Shown here: piece by piece, positions 1 to 11,280 of the stretch
Layout: each line of letters starts with the position of its first letter
How positions within the stretch are numbered: position 1 is the first letter of the stretch
NCBI GenBank assembly: GCA_028534125.1
Contig: CM052817.1
Coordinates: 86,988,001 to 87,052,000 of the forward strand
Length of the DNA: 64,000 nucleotides
Direction of reading: 5' to 3'
Source of the DNA: Lama glama
Lineage: Eukaryota
Translations under genes and position numbers: made by a program
Notes under the pieces: generated by a model
Told to the model about the DNA's origin: nothing
Databases searched by the model: none
Seen by the model: only the letters and a program-made list of their open reading frames with translations

Positions 1-69
1 CTATTGTAGCTTGTATGCTTTTCCTGACATCTTCAAGCTATAATAGTATATCTCACATTATACTGAGCA

Positions 70-113
70 TGTGTGTGTGTGTGTGTGTGTGTGTGTTTGT
101 GTGTCTGTGTGTG
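70..113. repeat. (TG)n microsatellite
   Basis: Run of TG dinucleotides with two interruptions, read directly. Confidence 0.95.
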
Positions 114-429
114 CATGTGCAAAATGAGATAGGGACTGGATGGTCACAATATTGAAGACAAATAAGATAGTGTAGAACAGTGTACATTGGAGTAAGATGG
201 AGTTTAGAGAGATCTTTGTCTAAAATTCTAAAGTACTCTCCATGAATCCTTGCTTAGTTTCGTTAGATTGAAAGTGGAGAGAAAGGGAGAGGTAGAGGAT
301 TTTTCATTTTCCAGTGGACATTCAGCCTCGTATGCCCAACAATTGACTATGAAAATCCTTTTTTTCCCCTACAAACTTACATTTCAAAAATGAGAGTTTG
401 GAGGCATATAATTTGGGAAATGTTGATTT

Positions 430-760
430 ACCATTTCACATACTTTGCAGAAGAGGAAAATTAAGCCTTGAGGGGTATGACTTAAACTCGCATTGCAGAC
501 TAGTAGCAGAAGTGAACTATACACAGGCAGTGCATTTTATATACACGTCAAACTCAGGTTATGACATTAGATGGCTTGGGTTAAAATCCACTTTATAATA
601 CTTTAAATCTGTGTGACTTTTGAAAACTCACTTAACCAATCTGTTTTCAATTTTCTTCTTTGTAATTTGCAACTAATGACTAACTTCCCCCACTGAATTA
701 TTTGCACATTCTGTGCTTTAATTCATATGAAATTCGTATTATTGAACATACAATAAGTGT
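430..760. mobile_element. Two degenerate MIR SINE fragments in opposite orientation
   Basis: 'tttgcagaagaggaaaattaagc' resembles the reverse MIR core; 'gggttaaaatcc...tgtgtgactttt...cacttaacc' resembles the forward core. Confidence 0.6.
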
Positions 761-1484
761 AAAATACATTTTTATTATTTTGATTGTAGTATGTCATATA
801 CGTTTAGATGGATTACAGAAGAAGTGAGAAAAATCATTACAAGGCGCTTTGTGCTACAAATTCTACATACTTCTTTCTCCTGAAGTTTGCAAACAGAGGT
901 TAAGATCTAATTTGTGTGCTGCTAGGAGGAAGGAGACTCCTGTTGAAACTTCACTTAAGGAAAACAAACATTTGGACACTATCGTAAAAGAACAGCTTGT
1001 CTGGCATATCAGGAATAATTAAAATGGCAACATGGGCTTTGAAATCCATGGATATGGGTTCTAATTTTGGCTAAATCATTCCCTGGATCATTGGTAAGGA
1101 GGCAAACACCAACCCTTGGAGGATTAAATAAGTCCTTCTGTAAATAGTAATTTTTAATGACATCTGAAAGATATATTTCTTGATTCTCATCACCATACTT
1201 ATGGCAATGATATATTTTCTAGAAGTCAAAATTAATCAGACTATTTATCATGGAGTTAATCATGTCAGTGATTTTTACATTTTCTATTTGAAGACTTTTT
1301 GGAGAACAATATTGAAAAGAAGGGGATGGATTGTTAAATCTATATGAAGATAGCACAAATGGTGTACCAGTTTAAGAATTTTTAACAGTAAGAAAGAACC
1401 CAAAGCGATTAAAATTATGACAATGGTAAAGCACCTTAAAAATCTCCTTTTCACACACATTTTATTTTTTCAGGAAGATAGTTT

Positions 1485-1730
1485 ATCTTAACCTGTCCAA
1501 CCTTCTGCTTCTCACATCAGATGACAGTACAGATTTGATATCAGTTATGTCAGTGAATGAAAGCCATATCTGAAGTTTATCTAACTCTGTCTTGAATATT
1601 CATATAGAGGAGCTTTAGCTGAATGTTCTATTTGTAACAATATTGACTTTTACAAAATTATTTTCTATTGTCAACATATACAATTTCAACCATTTGTAGA
1701 ACAAATTGTCTTTATATGGTATATAGGGAA
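1485..1730 (-). mobile_element. Probable L3/CR1 LINE 3' fragment
   Basis: Weak similarity to recalled L3 3' sequence ('ctctgtcttgaatatt...gaggagct'); highly diverged. Confidence 0.35.
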
Positions 1731-2109
1731 CCTGGGAATGCATTCATGACATTCTGTCTATAAAAAAATGCCCTGTTTTAAAAATTCATCTTAAGTAAAG
1801 AAATTATTTGTAAGCTGGGGACTGTTGAACAGTAATGTTCTTCAACCATGTCTTTTGGATAGCACAAATGAAAATAAAACTAAATGCTTTTTCTTTCTTT
1901 CTGCATACATAGATAAAACACATTTTATTGATATGAGTGTTCGAGAAAATTGTTTTGGAGGGTAATTTCTTTTACAGAGAAAGTCACTGAATATGGGCAT
2001 ATAATTTATTTTTGTTTTACACATCAAAATGTTTGAACTCTACTGATTTTTAAGATCAGAAATTAAAATTAAAAAAACACGTTTTTACAAAGTTTAGAAC
2101 ATATTCACC

Positions 2110-2268
2110 CATATACTATGTTTATATACGTTTACATACGTTTACATAGCATATATGTTGAGTGTATGAGTATGTGTATATACACACAAACATATAAATA
2201 CAAACACACATATGTTTATGTATATATATTTAGTGTATATGCATGTATATGCACATATATATATAATT
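2110..2268. repeat. TA/CA-rich low-complexity tract
   Basis: Degenerate (TA)n/(CA)n mix with a short tandem 'tacgtttaca'. Confidence 0.8.
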
Positions 2269-3699
2269 TAAGAAACATTTCACCAAATGATCTAAAAGTT
2301 TATCACCATCCTTCAGAAATGTTGTGACAAATAATGCCATCTGTTTAAAAACAGATTATTAGTAATTGATTTGCATGTAATCAAGGCCAATAAGGGTCTA
2401 TTTAAGACACTGATAAATTGTATTCATTACTTATTCTTAATTAAAAAGGGAGAGAAAGATATTAGTGTAAGCATTGGAGGGAACAATGATGTTTTTCCCC
2501 TTTCTAATAGAAAGCCTTTAACATGATTTACCTGAATAGTATTTGATGTGTACAGTTACCAGTAAAAGCAGATCATGTAACTATTTCTTCATGTTTGAAT
2601 AGTTCATACAGAGTAAGTATGTGTAAATTCTCATTTTAAGAGACAAGGGATATAAAAACAAACATAAAATTAGATTTAAGAAAAGTAAGTTTGTTCCGAG
2701 AAATGTTTTTCAGTAAATTTGTGAATCTGACTACACTGTCTTCCATAGTTTGTTAAATTTCATCAAATCAGTTATCACATAGACTAAATATTGCTCTGTA
2801 GTCTTAGTGCAGTCTATTTTCTGTTCCTTTCCCTCCCAATGTTAAATTCTAACTCCTTGCTTCAAGCCTGAAATCCAGGCTTGCCCCTCCACACACACAC
2901 CTTTCAGTGGTTGATCTTGCTTCCTGGTTCAGAGAAATAATTTAAGCATCATAAGGAATCTTACAACTTCTAAGAGTCTCAAAATCTCCATATCATTGGC
3001 TCCTATCCTTACATCTACAAAGGAAACATTTTTGTCGCTGTTTGTGTAAGTCGGGTCTGCTGTGATTACAAGCTGCAGAATGTCATTCTACGTTAGCTTA
3101 AGAGAAAAGGGCCACTTTGGCTCAGGTAACTGAAAGCTCTACACGTGGGTCTATTCAAAGATCCAAATGTGAAAACTCTTTCCAAGGCAGATCTAGTCAC
3201 CTATGATTTTAATCTCATTTCTTCTGCCTGCCACCTTGGACATCTTTCCCTATCAACTACTTCCTTTGCCTCCTTGCCAATGTTTTTTCCTCAGTATTTC
3301 AGCATGTTCATATGGTCCTAACTTAAAAAATATATCCTTCCATACCTAGATTCGTTTATATGTGTAATCTCTCATTTTTGTCTCATCATATCTCAACTCA
3401 ACCACTCAGGTATACCTTTATTTCAATCTTCATTTTCTAAGGCCAGCTCCTCAAACTCAGTATGTCTGAAAATTAAAGTCTCACATCGAAACCTACAGAA
3501 CTTGTCTAGGTGCTACTGATTCACCTCTGCCACAGAAGAGATGCAGGTACCCTCTAAGCCAGCACCCTTCACAATCCAATCTTGAGTAGCCTTGGCTTCC
3601 GGCTCTGCTCTTCATCTCTAAGTGCCCTTCAGGCTTCACTTCCAACTCAGATGGGCCAAGGCCTCCTCTTACTGAGGTCATGAACGTGGAGTCACTGTC

Positions 3700-3901
3700 T
3701 CAACATAATATAACGTCCTCAGACTTGAAAGACTGAGCCACATGTTGGGGGAGGGTGTGGTGGCAGAAGGAGAGACAAGATCTTTAGATATTGGGCCCAG
3801 CATCTCAACTACTGGTGTTCTGCTTGTATCATTTTATATCTTAGAGACCAAATAATATTTGAAAAGATTTTCACTTCTAAAAAATATTTAAACAACCATT
3901 G
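3700..3901 (-). mobile_element. hAT-Charlie relic (MER103C-like)
   Basis: Reverse complement starts 'caatggttgtttaaatattttttagaagtgaaaatcttttcaaa', similar to the recalled MER103C terminus. Confidence 0.45.
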
Positions 3902-6577
3902 TTTTGCTAGATAAAATACAAACAGCTTCAGTTCATCTTCTGACCGATGAATTCAATCTTCCTTTTCCCCAAGTTTGCCTTGCATTTTTCAGTCTAGGAA
4001 CCCTGAATAGTATTTCCCCCTGCATCACCCTCTCTCAACCCCGTTGCCCCTTGCACTTGGCATTCATTTTGTGTGGACCATCCTCAGTCACTTTTTTTTG
4101 TCTGGAGGACACCTTTTCATCCTTCACTCCTCAATGGCGCAAACCGCTCATTTTTCTCTGACATCTTTGACTTCTGTAGATAGATGTTTACACTTCTTTT
4201 ACTTGATCCTCCTCCACTTCTCCTGGAAGTGATTTGAAAATGAATCACAGGATGACATTTGCCTTCGTGGTCTTTATAATCAGGAGACATCTGAGAATTA
4301 CGTACAAAATTCTTAGGAATGAAAAGGACAACACACAAGCATCCTCTAAGATATGCTTGTGAGGTAAGAGATTATTCAGTGAAGCCTATGTAAAGTTTAT
4401 TGGAGAGACTTATCTATAGAGATTAGTTTAAGTAGCGATTAGAGAAGACAATGAAGCTGAACTGTTTGAGTAGATTGTCTCTATTATAATCAATCAGTAA
4501 TAATCTGTATGTTCTTTATAAATGTTGTGGTGGAGATTTCGCTTTATTTTGTTGATGCCGTAATGCCTACACAATGCATATTAAAGTAGTATGTTGACAA
4601 ATGAACAATTTAATATAACAACCATGGAGGAATTTTTAATTGCTATAGGAATAGTAATTTTTTTTTGCTGAATATATCAGTTATCATCTTATCTATATAT
4701 TGTCATCAAATTAAAGCCTAAACTTTCATGAATATTGAAATAGAAGGCATTTTGAGTTTTTCCCCCATGTTTATCTAAATAACTTGGAAAGGATTTTTCT
4801 GTTTTCAGAGTTTAGTTTGCCAGTAGTGTTATCAGTCTCAGGAACTCCAAAGAAGTCATTTTTTTTCTTCCCAGGAGTTTAGCAATATGCACAGTACTTA
4901 GTATAGTTAGTTTAATAAATTAGTATACTTAGTATAAATAAATATAAATTAAAAGGCTTTATGAATGAAGCTGTTCAACTCAGATTGATGTTCCGCATTA
5001 ATCAGAGAAGTAATGCATTTTTTTTTTCCTGGAATGCTGTAGAAGCAGAGGCAAATTGATTTGGGAACAGAAGGGATATTTGGATAACTTTTCAACTCTC
5101 TGTGATTTTTGTCTTCATAGTGTAACTTAATTGCTTATAATGAAATGATGTGAATTCTTTGAAGAATTCATGTATTCTGTAGAGAAAATTGTACATACAT
5201 ATGATAGCTTTCAAAAAAAAGTTCACTATTTAAAATTTTTATGTTATATTTTAATGTTTACAAGAAATATTTGTCTGTTTTTGCTGTGGAATCTGCATTT
5301 TCAATTTAGATGTATCTTATTTTCTTCGGCATTTCTCCATTTCTTAATGCAGAGTCATTTTTTTTCTAAATATGATTATTTAATTTAATCACACTGAGAA
5401 AACTGGCTTCAAGCAAGAAATTCCTATGGGATATCTTTTCTCTTTAAAACAGGAGGAACTTGAACTGACACAACAGCTTTGGGTGTAGAAGCATAAGGGT
5501 CAGTAAATCCCCATTGTACTCAGTTGATTAAAATGATAGTTGGGAAAAGCAAATAGTAGCAGCCTCTCTAGAGTGATATAGTAAAAATAATATTTCTCAC
5601 TAAAGGGGCTTTCTAGTATTTATTCCGTGAGATTTCTTAAACAAACTGGTGTTCAATGCTTGGCTTTGCCAATTTCCAACTTAGTAACAGCGGATAATCT
5701 CTCAGCCTCAGGGGTCCCATGGGTAAACCTGGATTTGTAATACTTTCCCCAAGCATTGTTATATGGAAAAACTATAAAGTAATAATAATTGGTAGAGTTT
5801 TTATTGTTTCTAGGATGGTGATTTTTATGTGAGCCGTCACATCAGAGTCTGAGCAAAGACCATGGGACACAATGACTGTTCAGAACCTCATATTCTAATG
5901 TTCCTATTACACACAGATTTTCCACTAGTTTGAAAAATACTATGATGTGAATGGACCAAGACAGAATTGTCTTCATCTGGTCTGGAGCTTTCACTTTCTC
6001 CTTATATCAGACAGAGAACAATAACATCCTTTGCCTTGAAACCAATACTTAGGTAAGTGAGCTTGCAGTACATCCAAAGAGGGATTGTGTTCTTCACTCA
6101 GTCATCACGTGTATCCCTGTGTTCCAGACTCTGTTTGAAAGCCAGTGATCATAACTGAGCTTTATATAGTCTCTGAACTGTAACTGAGGCAGAACGGCAT
6201 CAGAACATTCAGCTGTGAAGATAAGAATAAGGTCAACACCCTCAGATTAAAGTACATTGCAGTAGACAGTAAGGAGAAACTGTAAAATATAGAGAGAGGT
6301 AATCTAAAATTCCCAGGAATTTATTTCACTTTTAACTTTTCTCAAAAGTATTTCATCTGTGATTGCTTACCTGTAATTTATACCTCATACGTATTTGAGG
6401 AATTCTCCATAACCATGATACTCACTAACGTTTGTTGAACATTAACTATTTCCCAATCACTGTGTTAAACAATTTACATTACATTTCATTCTTACAACAC
6501 ACCCTCTTGGTCAAATTACCATGAGAAAGAAGAAATTCCCTTGAGCTGCTGATAAAAGAAATTTTCACATATCAAGG

Positions 6578-6893
6578 TGTGGGGAAGTCATTCCGGCTTA
6601 TACATAAGTTAACTTGACTTTTTTGCTAACTGAAACAGCCTGCTTGTGGCCTATCAAACATACATTGTACATCTGCTTTAATTATTAAAGAAAAGGGCAT
6701 GTTGACCAGAGTAAAGAATGTCTAGGTGAAAAATAAAGATTAAATGCTCCTCTTCCTCGGACGTCGAAGCTGGTACTCCTTTGATGGTGAGACCCCCTTC
6801 CCGGACACCAAGGCCACACTGTGTGTGCTGTACGTGGATGTGCTGTTCTGTTGTCTTTGAAGCCTTGAGGAAATGTATCCCTGACTTGTTGAA
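6578..6893 (+). mobile_element. Probable endogenous retrovirus LTR, 5' part, truncated by assembly gap
   Basis: Begins TGTGGGGAA, a typical LTR start. GC is higher than the flanks and several CpGs are retained. The sequence runs straight into the N gap. Confidence 0.55.
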
Positions 6894-7393
6894 NNNNNNN
6901 NNNNNNNNNNNNNNNNNNNNNNNNNNNNNNNNNNNNNNNNNNNNNNNNNNNNNNNNNNNNNNNNNNNNNNNNNNNNNNNNNNNNNNNNNNNNNNNNNNNN
7001 NNNNNNNNNNNNNNNNNNNNNNNNNNNNNNNNNNNNNNNNNNNNNNNNNNNNNNNNNNNNNNNNNNNNNNNNNNNNNNNNNNNNNNNNNNNNNNNNNNNN
7101 NNNNNNNNNNNNNNNNNNNNNNNNNNNNNNNNNNNNNNNNNNNNNNNNNNNNNNNNNNNNNNNNNNNNNNNNNNNNNNNNNNNNNNNNNNNNNNNNNNNN
7201 NNNNNNNNNNNNNNNNNNNNNNNNNNNNNNNNNNNNNNNNNNNNNNNNNNNNNNNNNNNNNNNNNNNNNNNNNNNNNNNNNNNNNNNNNNNNNNNNNNNN
7301 NNNNNNNNNNNNNNNNNNNNNNNNNNNNNNNNNNNNNNNNNNNNNNNNNNNNNNNNNNNNNNNNNNNNNNNNNNNNNNNNNNNNNNNNNNNNN
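6894..7393. other. Assembly gap (exactly 500 N)
   Basis: N run read directly. Confidence 0.99.
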
Positions 7394-8600
7394 ACTGAAA
7401 TAAGTAGAGTCAACTGGAAACACTCTTGCCTCACATCATACACAAAAGTCAATTATAGATTAATTGCATATTTTAAAAGAAAATGTGCAGTATCTTTGTG
7501 ACTTTGGAGTAAGTAGGATTTCTTAGACATAACTAATGGTAAGTGAAAATAATAATTTGCACTGCATTAAAAATAAGAACTTCTGCCTTCATGAGGCACT
7601 ACACAGGGTGAAAAAGGAACCCATAGAAGGAAGATGACTTTACAGCACATGTATTCAAATAAAGGACTTTTATCCAAACTAAATAAAAAGAACTCTTACA
7701 AATTAACAGTAAAAAGACATAAGCCCAGTGGAAATATGGGCAAAAGTTTTCAGCAGACACTTAACAGAAGAAGAAATTCAAATAACCAATAATGGTAAAC
7801 ATATAAAAACGTGCTAAATATACTGGTCATCAGATAAATGCAAATTAAGACCAAAATCAGATACACTATATACTCACTATAATGGCTGACATGAAAAACA
7901 GACACTACAAGTTTTTAAGCAGCATGTGGAGCAAAGAGGCCTCTCATATGGTATGGAAAAATGGCCAACATCTACCAAAGAACATATAAATATCTTAAGA
8001 CCAATCCATTCCAAAGTAGTGTTTACATGATTTCACCAAAAGACATGTGTGAGAATATTTCTAGTGTAGTAAGCACTCATTCACACAAACAGAAAGCTAA
8101 CAAAAATGGAACAAAAAAACAACCAAACAGATAACTCTCATAAAACAAATAGGCAAATAAACAAACAAATTAAAGCTACTCAAATGGCTAGCAAAAGTAG
8201 ATGGACAAATGCATTTTAGTCTTAGCTATACAATGGAATGTTACATAGCAATGAGAATGAATAATCTACAATGACATGTTCTAACGTGTGCAAATCTAAA
8301 CAAAAGTTGAGCTAAAAAAATCTGACACAAAAATGTACACATTGTATAATTCTGTCTTTTATAGAATATCAAAAGAGGCAAAGTAACATACTGTGTTAGA
8401 GTTCAGGTTAATGGTTATTAAGCACTTGCTGTGTAGCACCTGAAAGGCAATCAGGAGGGGTACCAGAAAGCTGGTATAATTTCGTGGCTTAATCCAAGTG
8501 CTGATTATTCAGGCGTGTTTAGTTTGTGAGCAATACTATGATTGTGACATGTGCAATTTTCTATATGCAGTTTAAATTTCAGCCAAATGTTAAAGAAACT
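7394..8600 (+). mobile_element. Old L1M-type LINE-1: degenerate ORF2 3' end plus 3' UTR
   Basis: Motifs 'cctcacatcatacacaaaagtcaatt', 'aaatatgggcaaaag...agacacttaacagaagaaga', 'cagataaatgcaaattaagacc', 'caatggaatgttacatagcaatgagaatgaa'; many stops. Confidence 0.9.
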
Positions 8601-9339
8601 GGAAAGAACACAATTATTCAATAGGCACACACAAATAAAAAGGCTCTTTCTTGCTGGAGAATTTTGTTGTGGGGATAAACTGCATCTGATGCACAAACAG
8701 GTAGTAGCCAAGAGAATTCAGAAAAGCCCACAGGAGAGCTAACCCATTTGTGCATAAAATACCATGGACCATGGAGGTACAAATGCAGCTGTTACCACGA
8801 ACTCTAAATTAGAAATATCCCTCCTTAAATAGAGGGGTATTTTCTGCCATATTAAAGGAATGATACATGCCACTGCTCCCAACTCAATAACGTTCACTGC
8901 TAGTTATCATTTTAGATGTTTTAAATGACTGGAAATGGTAAGTTAAGAGTGGAGGGGCTGTTTCTGATGGAGTGACGTGACTGACAAGTTGTATTCTCTT
9001 TATTTTGCACCAGGTAGTCATATTCAGTTGTGCTGTCGATTTAAGCTCTGTGTTGTAGGTATAACATGCTCCGGAATCTGTGTGTGTGTGTGCCAGAAAC
9101 AGCACATTTTCTGGTTTCCGAAATTAAATTGCATCTGGCTCTACTATCACACTTTCCAGAGTGGAGAGGTGTCCAACTAATGTGGACCTTCCTCTTTTCC
9201 TGCTGTTTTTCTTTAGACAAAAACAGTAAGTTGTGTACATGCACTGAGATCAGCAGAAAAACATTTATATGTAACAGAAATTTTTCTATTGTTCTAAGAG
9301 TCCATATATCTTAATTGCTGAATCTAGCATGCACTTTAT

Positions 9340-9612
9340 TTATTTATTTTATTTTTAATTTTTTATTGATTTATAACCATTTTACAATGTTGTGTCAAAT
9401 TCCAGTGTAAAGCACAATTTTTCAGTCATACATGAACATATATATTATTCATTGTCACATTTTTTTCCCTGTGAGCTACCATAAGATCTTGTATATATTT
9501 CCCTGTGCTATACAGTATAATCTTGTATATCTATTCTACAATTTTGAAATCCCTGTCTATCCCTTCCCACCCTCCACCCCCCTGGTAACCACAAGTCTGT
9601 ATTCTATGTCTA
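9340..9612 (-). mobile_element. Young lineage-specific L1 3' UTR stub with A-rich tail and 15-bp TSD
   Basis: Exact TSD tagcatgcactttat at 9325-9339 and 9613-9627. T-rich tail from 9340, followed by L1 3' UTR 'ttttacaatgttgtgtcaaattccagtgt'. Confidence 0.92.
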
Positions 9613-9719
9613 TAGCATGCACTTTATATTTGTTTTCTAACTTGATATTTTGGCGGCATTTAAAATATTTTCTTACCAGGTATTTACTTGTCCTTTTAAT
9701 TGTAGTCTGAAGAATTTTT

Positions 9720-10560
9720 TTTCTGATTTTCTTAGGTCTTTAACTATAACTTCTCCATCTCATTTTTTTATCCTCTTTTACTCAGTGTTGGGTTTCCCCA
9801 AAGTTCTCTTCTGGGTCTTCTTTTTATCACACACTGCATGCTCTGTCTAAAAGGTTTCTGTCCACCTTCATATTTTTAACTAATATCTACATTTTTGTAT
9901 CTTCTGGCCTGACAGTTTATCTTAGTTTCAATCCAGGATTAACTACTGCATGGTGATGGTAATTACATATATTACCTTACCATTCTACAGGCACTCTATA
10001 ATCAAGATGAATAAAACCAATTTTACTGTTATAGCAAAAGTTTTCTTCCTTTTGAAACACTTATATAAAATTATTAACTTTTTCTTATAATTTATCACTA
10101 CAACATAGATTCTAGACCCAAATCTCTTTAATATGTCTGTCCTCTTCCATTCCAATCAATTTAACCTGACAGAAGCTTCCTTCACTTTTTCACGTAACTC
10201 ACTGCAATAATTTCTTTTTACTGGTCATCAAACCTCATCTCTCTCCCTTCTAATACACAAGGCATCAAACTTTCTAAAGTGCATAGCTATCACATTGTTT
10301 GCTTTACTAAATTTAATTGGAGACCCCTCATGTAATAGCAGGTGAAGTCTAAACTCCCTCCAACGTTAAAATGCCCTTTTCAGCCTCATTTGTGCTACTT
10401 CTCACCAGACCCTCTGGTCTACTCAGAAAGAAACACTTCCCATCTCTTCATGTTTCCTTGTCTTACTCCGTATTTATTTATCTTGTCAGATATGTTTCCT
10501 CCACATGCACTTTGAAAACCCCTCCTCTGCCTCCTGTATCTGGGCAGTTACCACCTGTGT
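9720..10560 (+). mobile_element. L2 LINE fragment
   Basis: Pyrimidine-rich, with L2-like motifs ('gggtttccccaaagttctcttctgggtc', 'actgcaataatttc', 'gaagtctaaactcc'). Confidence 0.65.
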
Positions 10561-10829
10561 TGTCTCCCTGACAGGTTTAAGGGTACAAAAGGAACAAGTT
10601 GTGCAAAAGGATGAAGTCCCTGCCCTCACAGAGACGGCATTCCATCCAGAATTGAAAACAGACAATAAACAATGAAGGAATAAAAAAATGAGAAAATCAC
10701 ATGCTTGGAAATAAATTAAAAAGGTGGTGGCACTTGAATATAACTGGTGGGGTAAGGAATTTTAGAGAACAAGTCCTATGTTTGAGCCAGAACTTGAGCG
10801 GGAGCTTTGAACCAGTCAGTAATGACATG

Positions 10830-11280
10830 TATGTATAGTTTTTTCTCATTTGAGAATTCCAGAGCTAGGCTGTTGCTACAATGGTTTAGTTATTCAGGGA
10901 TGAAACCAGTGCTTACGTATCCCGCGCTTCTTGGATTTCTCCTTTGAGCTTGTTGCCTCACCTAACGGCTTCTGCATTTCCATTCATCCCACCTCTGCTC
11001 AGAGCAGAAAGAGGTAAAGAACACTTACCTCTGTTGTCTGTTTTTAGGGAAGCAACAGATTTCCCAGAAAATAAAAGCGTCCAACAAATTTTTGCTCACG
11101 TTGTATAGTCAGCAAATGGGAAATGTGTACGCACTAATAGCAAAGGGGTTTAAGAAACTGTAGACTATTGTTGTTACATTTGGCTTGGAATAGATACGAT
11201 CTCTTCCTCTATACAAAATTTTAAGCAAAAAAGACAAGAGGTAGGCACACTGAATTGGCAGCTGTTAGTGAATGCCAAAG
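10830..11280 (-). mobile_element. Old MaLR (MLT1-like) LTR inserted into an L2 fragment
   Basis: 'gaattccagagctagg...ggtttagttattcaggga' and 'gatttcccagaa' resemble reverse MLT1 LTRs; flanked by reverse L2 sequence. Confidence 0.45.

Noticed and set aside
6685..7452. Long ORFs (205-255 aa), including the C-terminal-looking peptide ...KEYQLRRPRKRSI
   Set aside because: The length comes from translating Ns. The real bases lie in a probable LTR, and I do not recognise the peptide.
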